A stretch of 64,000 nucleotides of DNA from an uncultured Gemmatimonadales bacterium (GTDB taxonomy: Bacteria; Gemmatimonadota; Gemmatimonadetes; Gemmatimonadales; GWC2-71-9). The number at the start of each line of letters is the position of its first letter. Positions within the stretch are counted from its first letter, which is position 1. The stretch spans positions 64,001-128,000 of the forward strand of contig CAWJIM010000023.1 of the NCBI GenBank assembly GCA_963842945.1, written 5' to 3'. Both the position numbers and the translations under genes were made by a program. The notes under the pieces were generated by a model. The model had not been told where the DNA came from. It searched no databases and saw nothing but the letters and a program-made list of their open reading frames with translations. Positions 58,415-64,000 of the stretch are shown here, piece by piece.

Positions 58415-58924
58415 GCGGAAGATTCTCAAGTTCACCGTGGTGGCTCAGCTCGCCATCCTGGTCGCGATGATCGGTCTCCGCGCCATTCCCCTGGTGACCG
58501 GGCAGACGGTGCTGGTGCGGGTGCAGCCGGTCGATCCGCGGGACCTGTTCCGGGGCGACTACGTCACCCTCAGCTACGACTTCAGCCGGGTCTCCGCGGG
58601 ATACGATCCAAGGCCTGTCTGAACGGGACGTCTGGGGCTCGAGGAAGACCGAGGGGCGGCCGGTGTACGTGACCCTGGTGCCGGACTCGGACCGGGTCCA
58701 CTGGCGGGCCGACAAGTACACCGTGGCCAAGCCGGACGGCGGGCTATTTCTCAAGGGGCAGATGGGCCGCTACGGGTCGCTCCAGTTCGGGATCGAGTCG
58801 TACTTCGTGCAGGAGGGCACCGGCCACATGTACGAGCGCGCGATCCGGGACCACAAGCTCTCGGCCGAGCTGGCGGTTACCTCCGAGTGGCCAAGCCGCA
58901 CTGAGGTCGCTGCGCATCGAGTAA
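58407..58924 (+). CDS. GDYXXLXY-domain protein, frameshifts near 58599 and 58885
   Basis: PVDPRDLFRGDYVTLSY, FGIESYFVQEG; usual partner of DUF2157. Confidence 0.82.
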
Positions 58925-59133
58925 TGGGTTAGTGTCCTGCCGTAAGCCCCTACCTTTTGTGTATGGCCTCGAGCTTCCCGCCATAACACTCTCCGCCCAC
59001 CTAGATTCAGCTACCCCTAACGCAAGAGACCAGGGCGACGTAGTTCTGGTGCCGAACACCAGGTCCAGGCGCGACCGATCAGAGGAGTTGTTGCATGTCA
59101 CTCAGATTTACCGCGCCGGGCAGGTAAGCCGGG

Positions 59134-60054
59134 ATGTTTGGACGCCGGCGGCCGTTTGGCCTGGGGCTGGTGCGTCCGAGTCCGATTCGGAAGCACACGC
59201 CATTCGAGGAATGGGAACAACTCAGTGCCCGGAAGCCGAATTCGCCAGGGATAGCGGTAAGCGTGCTGCTGCACGCGACGATCATCCTCCTGGTGATCTT
59301 CTCCACGACTACCAAGGGCGATAACAGAAGTAGCCCGGCTCAGGACCGGCCGCAGGCAGTGCAGATGGTATACCTGCCACCCAAAGAGGCGCCGCCGAGA
59401 CCCAAGCCGGCGCCGGCGCCCAAGCCGCCGCCAGCGCCAAAACCGCCGGCGCCCAAGCCACCTCCTCCCCCTCCCCCACTACCTCGGGCCATGGCCGACG
59501 CATTCCGGCGTCGCCCGCCGGAGCTCGCTCTGCCCGCAAAGACCGACGTTCGCGTGCCTGAGCACGACCGGCCGGCCGCCGCCGATCCCCATCCGGAGAA
59601 GCCGACCGCAAACACCACGGCAGCAGAGCGAGAAGATCCGATGGTCAGCGAGGCCCGCCGGCTGTTTGGCTCGAAGTCACAGCGGGGCGGGAACGTTGGC
59701 CCGGTCTCCACGGGCCTGCCGGTGAACACCATGACGGGGGGAACGCGCTGCCCCTTCAGCGGCGAGGAGGTACAGTCGATGCCTCGACCGACCGAGGGGG
59801 TGATCGAGGGAATCGTGCGGATGGAGTCGAGCGGGCGGCCAATTCCGGGCGCCTTCCTTCAGGTTCTCGGCACCGGCTTCTCGACCTTTGCCGATCAGAC
59901 CGGGCATTACCGGCTCCGGTTCGATCCGGCGCTGGTGGATGTCTGCCGCAGCCAGCTCGTGCGGGTGACGGCCCCCGGCTATCGGGCGCGCACCATGGTT
60001 CTCAGCTACGGTCAGGCGGCAGACAACGCGGTCGATCTTCCGGCAAAGCATTAG
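59134..60054 (+). CDS. TonB-like TM/Pro-rich protein with C-terminal carboxypeptidase-regulatory-like domain
   Basis: AVSVLLH TM, PKPAPAPKPP linker, GVIEGIVR...GRPIPGA...ADQTGHYRL...VTAPGY. Confidence 0.6.
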   Translation: MFGRRRPFGLGLVRPSPIRKHTPFEEWEQLSARKPNSPGIAVSVLLHATIILLVIFSTTTKGDNRSSPAQDRPQAVQMVYLPPKEAPPRPKPAPAPKPPPAPKPPAPKPPPPPPPLPRAMADAFRRRPPELALPAKTDVRVPEHDRPAAADPHPEKPTANTTAAEREDPMVSEARRLFGSKSQRGGNVGPVSTGLPVNTMTGGTRCPFSGEEVQSMPRPTEGVIEGIVRMESSGRPIPGAFLQVLGTGFSTFADQTGHYRLRFDPALVDVCRSQLVRVTAPGYRARTMVLSYGQAADNAVDLPAKH

Positions 60055-60729
60055 TTGAAAGTCCTGATCTTCGGCGCGACCGGCATGGTGGGTCAGGGCG
60101 TCCTCCGCGAGTGTCTCGTTGCGGAGGACGTTACCGAAGTCCTGGCGGTCGGCCGGAGCCCGGTGGAGCAGCAGCATCCCAAGCTGCGTCAGCTGGTGGT
60201 CGCAGACCTCACGAATCTCCAACCATACGAAGCCGAGCTCCGCGGTTACAACGCCTGTTTCTTCTGTCTCGGCGTGTCGTCGGGGGGGATGAAGGAGCCG
60301 GAGTACACCCGTCTCACTTACGATCTGACTCTGGGCGTCGCGAGCCTGCTCGCCCGGCTCAACCCCGGCATGGTGTTCATCTATGTCTCGGGGGCAGGAA
60401 CTGATAGCACCGAGAAGGGCCGCATCATGTGGGCCCGGGTCAAGGGGAAAACCGAGAACGATCTCGCGAAGCTCCCGTTTGCCGGCGTGTACCTCTTCCG
60501 GCCGGGCATCATCCAGCCGCTCCACGGGATCAGGTCGAAGACGCCGAGCTATCGAATCTTTTACGTCCTGGCGAAACCGTTGTTGCCGCTGGCCAGGGCA
60601 CTCCTGCCCAGCCTGGTGCAGACCACGGAAGAGATGGGCCGGGCGATGCTGAATGCCGCGCGCCTGGGCCCCGGACGACGGGTGCTGGAGACCAGGGACA
60701 TTGCCCGGCTCGCCCGGGAGCGGCGATAG
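60055..60729 (+). CDS. NAD(P)-binding epimerase/dehydratase-like protein
   Basis: IFGATGMVGQG, CFFCLGVSS, YVSGAGTD, WARVKGKTEN, FRPG. Confidence 0.87.
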   Translation: MKVLIFGATGMVGQGVLRECLVAEDVTEVLAVGRSPVEQQHPKLRQLVVADLTNLQPYEAELRGYNACFFCLGVSSGGMKEPEYTRLTYDLTLGVASLLARLNPGMVFIYVSGAGTDSTEKGRIMWARVKGKTENDLAKLPFAGVYLFRPGIIQPLHGIRSKTPSYRIFYVLAKPLLPLARALLPSLVQTTEEMGRAMLNAARLGPGRRVLETRDIARLARERR

Positions 60730-60735
60730 CTTACC

Positions 60736-61693
60736 TCAAGCCAGAACCTTTTGGCACAACTGTGTGCCCGTGTCCCGAACCGCGCCGAACTCATCGGTAA
60801 AGGTCCACTCGTATCGGTCCGGATACAGGTCGAACCGTACGACGCCGTGCGCCACCACCACCTTCTCGCTGTTCGGGTGCTGGGTCACGATGCCGCGCAG
60901 CTTGACGCCAGCCGTGCCGACCACGAACTGCCGGATCCCCGCTTCGCTCGCCGCGCCGTCCGCCGTCATCTTCCGGAGCCGCTCCCAGCGGTGGGCGTGC
61001 CCGCTCAGCGCGAATTCGCAGCCGGCTGCCTGCAGGATCCGCCACCACGGTCCGACCCGCGCCTTCCAGGTCATGTCCTTCGGGTGGCCGGCGAGCGCTG
61101 TGTGGTACTCGCATACGCTGGAGAACATCGGGTAGTGGAACAGCGCCAGGTACTGCCTGTCCGGGTGCGCCGCCAGGTCGTCCCTGAGCCAGTTGGCTTG
61201 CACCGTCGGGCTGGCGCCTCCGTTGCCTGCGTCGCTGCAGTTGAGGACGTACGCCCGCCAGTGGTCGCCGACGTCCTGCGCGAAGTAGGGCTGCGCCTTC
61301 GTGTAAGCGTAGTAGGCCGCCCCAGGCGGGTCGACGTACTCCGTGTCGTGGTTCCCGATCGCGAAGATGGTCCGCTCGCGGAAGGCGCCCCAGCTCGAAG
61401 CGTAGTACTGCTCGTACTCGACCGCCTTGCCGGTGTGGGTGAGGTCGCCGACCATGAACGCCTGCGCGCGTCGGGTCCGCATCGAGGACCTTCTTCACCA
61501 GGGCGGCCGTCCGGAGCCGTGGCTTCGGCTGTAAGAGCGCGGCGTGCAGGTCGCCGGCGCCGATCAGAACCGCGCCGCCGTCCGCCCGGCCGAGCGCCAT
61601 CTCGGGCGCCAGCAGCCGGTCGCTCAGGCAGCCCCCGATCCACGGCGCGGCCGCGGCCGCGAGGATCCCCTTCACTGCGTCTCGTCGTCTCAT
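60736..61693 (-). CDS. Tat-exported calcineurin-like metallophosphoesterase, frameshift near 61468
   Basis: MRRRDAVK, GAGDLH, VGDL, IGNHD, FHYP, SGHAH, FVVGTAG. Confidence 0.83.
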
Positions 61694-61961
61694 GATTTGA
61701 CTCCTGTGTGAGTTCCCTCGAGCCAGCTCGCCGCTCGCAGGCGAGTCGACGTTCTTGCGACCAGCGGCTTTCGGCCGTACTGGGGGACTGTCGTCCTAGG
61801 GTTCGAAAAAGGTGGTTGGGGGAGGTCAAGCAGATATCAAGAATATACAACCGCATCGCCTTGTCGGCGAGCAGGCGACCCGGCGCACAATCAGGGGGTG
61901 TCAGCTATCACAACAATGAACTTGACGCACTTCCTGCCAAGAAGCGGACGGCTTCGATCGA

Positions 61962-62713
61962 TTAGTCGCGGGCGTACAGGATCGAGACCCCGGGCTCCGA
62001 CACCAGCACCCGGCTGACCACCCGATGCTTCCGGGAGATCCAGTAGCGGGCCTGGGGAGCCGCGCTGTCCGGCTGGGCCACCACCTCCCATACCGCTTCC
62101 GGGCCCCGCGATTTCCGCGCGATCGTGGTGTCACCACCACCCGAACCTCATACCAGCTCACGCGATCCAACCGATCGGTGTAAACCGGGAGCCGGGCGCA
62201 GTAGCCCTGCTCCAGAGGAAGCGCCGAAACGGCGAGGGCCAGCACGTTCCACTCGAAGGGCGCCACTCCCAGCCGGCGGTCGAGGAAGGTGGGCGCGCTG
62301 TCGGCCGGAGTCGTCTGACCATGCACCCGGTCCGCAGCGAAATCGAGTCTGACGGTCCGGGCCGCGTTGTGCGACTGAAATCGAAAGGGCTTCAGTGTCT
62401 CGGGATCGACCCAGGAGCTGTCTGTGGTCCTGGCTCTGGGTGTGTCGAACACCAGCACATCCAGCAGCGCCGGACGTCCCTCGAGCCGGCCGGCAGTAAG
62501 AGTCTCGGTCTGGGTGCCGAAGGGGCTGCTGCTGTCGCCCCGGGTAAGCGTCAGCTGCCGCACAACGGTGAAGTCGGTGAGATACCTGGCGGAGATCGTT
62601 TTCGTACCGGCAGTAAGGGTCTCGCACCCGTCGATTCCCCTGCCCTCGCTCCCAGATGATCCTGTGCCCACGACAGCGATCATCGCATATAACAGGAATG
62701 AGCTGCTCGGCAT
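61962..62713 (-). CDS. Exported hypothetical beta-rich protein, frameshift near 62133
   Basis: Signal-like N-terminus, DSSWVDPETLKP, ALPLEQGY; shifted tail GDTTIA...RYWISR...LYARD; GGAGG upstream. Confidence 0.55.
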
Positions 62714-62732
62714 GTCCTGCCCTCCGTGAGAC

Positions 62733-63666
62733 TCAGCGCGACGACTGGTCGCCCGGATTCACCGCCTTGTCGCGCTCCGCGGCCATGAGGTGCAGGGCCA
62801 GCGCCTTCCGCGAGTGGAGACCCAGGCGGGTGAGCACCCGCTCGAGATAGTGGCGGACGGTGTGGGCGCTCAGCCGCATCCGCTGGGCGATGGCCGCGTT
62901 GGAGAGTCCTTCCGCCGCCAGCAGCGCAACCTGCGGCTCGCGGCCGCGGAGTCCGAAGCTGACCCGGAGCTCCCGCGTGGTCGGGAGGTCCGGCCCCACC
63001 CGATCCATCAAGATCAGCACGCCGGCGTCGGGGAGCAGCGTCCCCGCGGGTGCGCGCTTGGCGATCAGCCGATAGCTCCCTCCGGACAGCTCCAGCTCGA
63101 CATAATCCTCCCGCATCGAGCCGACCGAGGCGCGCGGTGTGTCCGGCCTGGCGGGTGATGAGCTCGCGCAGCCGGTCCCGCTGGGGCTCATCGTTCAGCA
63201 GCTCGTCCCACCGCTCGTTCCGCACCACCTCCTGCAGCCCTTCCCGGCGGAAGATCGCCATCCCGGCATTCACGTCGTCGCACACCTGGCCCAGCATGCT
63301 CAGCCAGTCGTCCAGCCGGCGAAGGACCGCCAGTCCGGCGGCGAGGGCGCAGCGCATGGACACGACGGGAAGGCATTCCTCGGAGGACGCTGTCACTTGC
63401 GGCAGGAGGCTTCCCGGGGGAAGCGCATCGGTGGAGTCGAGGGCGGCCTGGAGCCAGCCGGGCTCGTCACCCTCGAGCCGGAGCAGCTCCTCCAGCTCGG
63501 CCGTCGCGACCGAACCGGAAGAGCCCGGCACCCCGCGAGCGTCGCGGACCCGGGTGAGGCTCTCGGCCAGCCAGGCGTGCCGGCTGCCCCATTCCAGGGG
63601 GGACGCCAGGGCATCCATTGCCCGAACGACAGCCGCCAGATCGATGGATACGGCAGATGAGGTCAC
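62733..63666 (-). CDS. LuxR/NarL-type HTH regulator, frameshift near 63130
   Basis: GLRGREPQVALLAAEGLSNAAIAQRMRLSAHTVRHYLERVLTRLGLHSR. Confidence 0.75.
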
Positions 63667-63768
63667 TCCTGCACTACGCGTCCTGTTCTGGCGGGTTTCC
63701 AGAGTTGGCCGGTGGCCCCAGCCGCAGGGCTCAGGGCATGAGACGGGGGTCCGGCGGCGCGAAATCAT

Positions 63769-63782
63769 GGGACGAACGTCCC
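63769..63782. promoter_or_regulatory. Palindrome, candidate LuxR-family operator
   Basis: GGGAC-gaac-GTCCC between the LuxR gene and the divergent gene. Confidence 0.35.
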
Positions 63783-63870
63783 CTGCGCAGGCGGTACCGG
63801 CAGCGCAGCTTCAACCGTGACCCAATGCACAAGACGAGATGACCATCCGCTCTGCCTCAGGAGGAGTCCT

Positions 63871-64000
63871 ATGAACGCTCCACTCGCCAGCCGCGTTACG
63901 GCGGCCATGGTGCTGCTTGCAACCGCCGGTCTGCCGAGTGCCGCAGCGGCGCAATACCGGCTCCCCACCATCGTCAGCTCGGTCAAGGCGGACAGCCTGC
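63871..64000 (+). CDS. Secreted protein, N-terminal fragment (runs off the window end)
   Basis: AGGAGGAG RBS; MNAPLASRVTAAMVLLATAGLPSAAAAQ signal peptide. Confidence 0.65.
   Translation, partial: MNAPLASRVTAAMVLLATAGLPSAAAAQYRLPTIVSSVKADSL

Noticed and set aside
59380..59485. DNA repeat element in the C-rich stretch
   Set aside because: Explained by the Pro/Lys/Ala linker codons of the TonB-like protein.
61694..61800. c-di-GMP-I riboswitch upstream of the phosphoesterase (CCAG-ta-CGGC-CGAAA-GCCG-CTGG hairpin on the minus strand)
   Set aside because: The flanking GCAAA and GACGCAAAG elements are missing; only an Infernal/Rfam search could rescue it.
21333..63666. Programmed frameshifting or phase variation explaining the split genes
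   Set aside because: No common slippery heptamer or long homopolymer at the sites; scattered single indels fit sequencing error.

Overview
GC-rich bacterial chromosomal segment. The gene repertoire suggests Gemmatimonadota; this is inference, not a marker-gene result. I saw no rRNA, tRNA, CRISPR array, transposase or phage gene. Bases 1-21 kb are mostly intact core or conserved genes: carbonic anhydrase-glpK-mtnA, crotonase, recF-dciA-gyrB, a GldA/GldF-G/DUF4340-like ABC system, a nucleoside phosphorylase, and a short KdpD/KdpE pair facing a KimA-like K+ importer. Bases 21-64 kb are an accessory patchwork: LytS/LytTR, PAS-GGDEF-EAL, ECF sigma/anti-sigma with a cupredoxin fusion, ModE-porin-TupABC, ChrA, MsrP-like/cytochrome b and many lipoproteins. 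About 14 genes there carry single-base frameshifts that look like assembly errors. Best leads: (i) mirror-image twin ECF promoters linking a sigma/ZAS anti-sigma pair to a cupredoxin fused to an unrecognised His-rich domain; (ii) KdpDE apparently wired to a KimA-like transporter through an 11-bp direct repeat; (iii) 7/8-mer repeat tracts abutting gene ends, one also in-frame inside mtnA; (iv) a porin inside a tungstate/molybdate uptake operon; (v) a shared Cys...TGP motif in lipoproteins; (vi) a TonB-like protein with a swapped C-terminal domain; (vii) an M29 peptidase homolog that appears to lack its metal ligands. All family calls come from motif recognition by eye; no searches were run.
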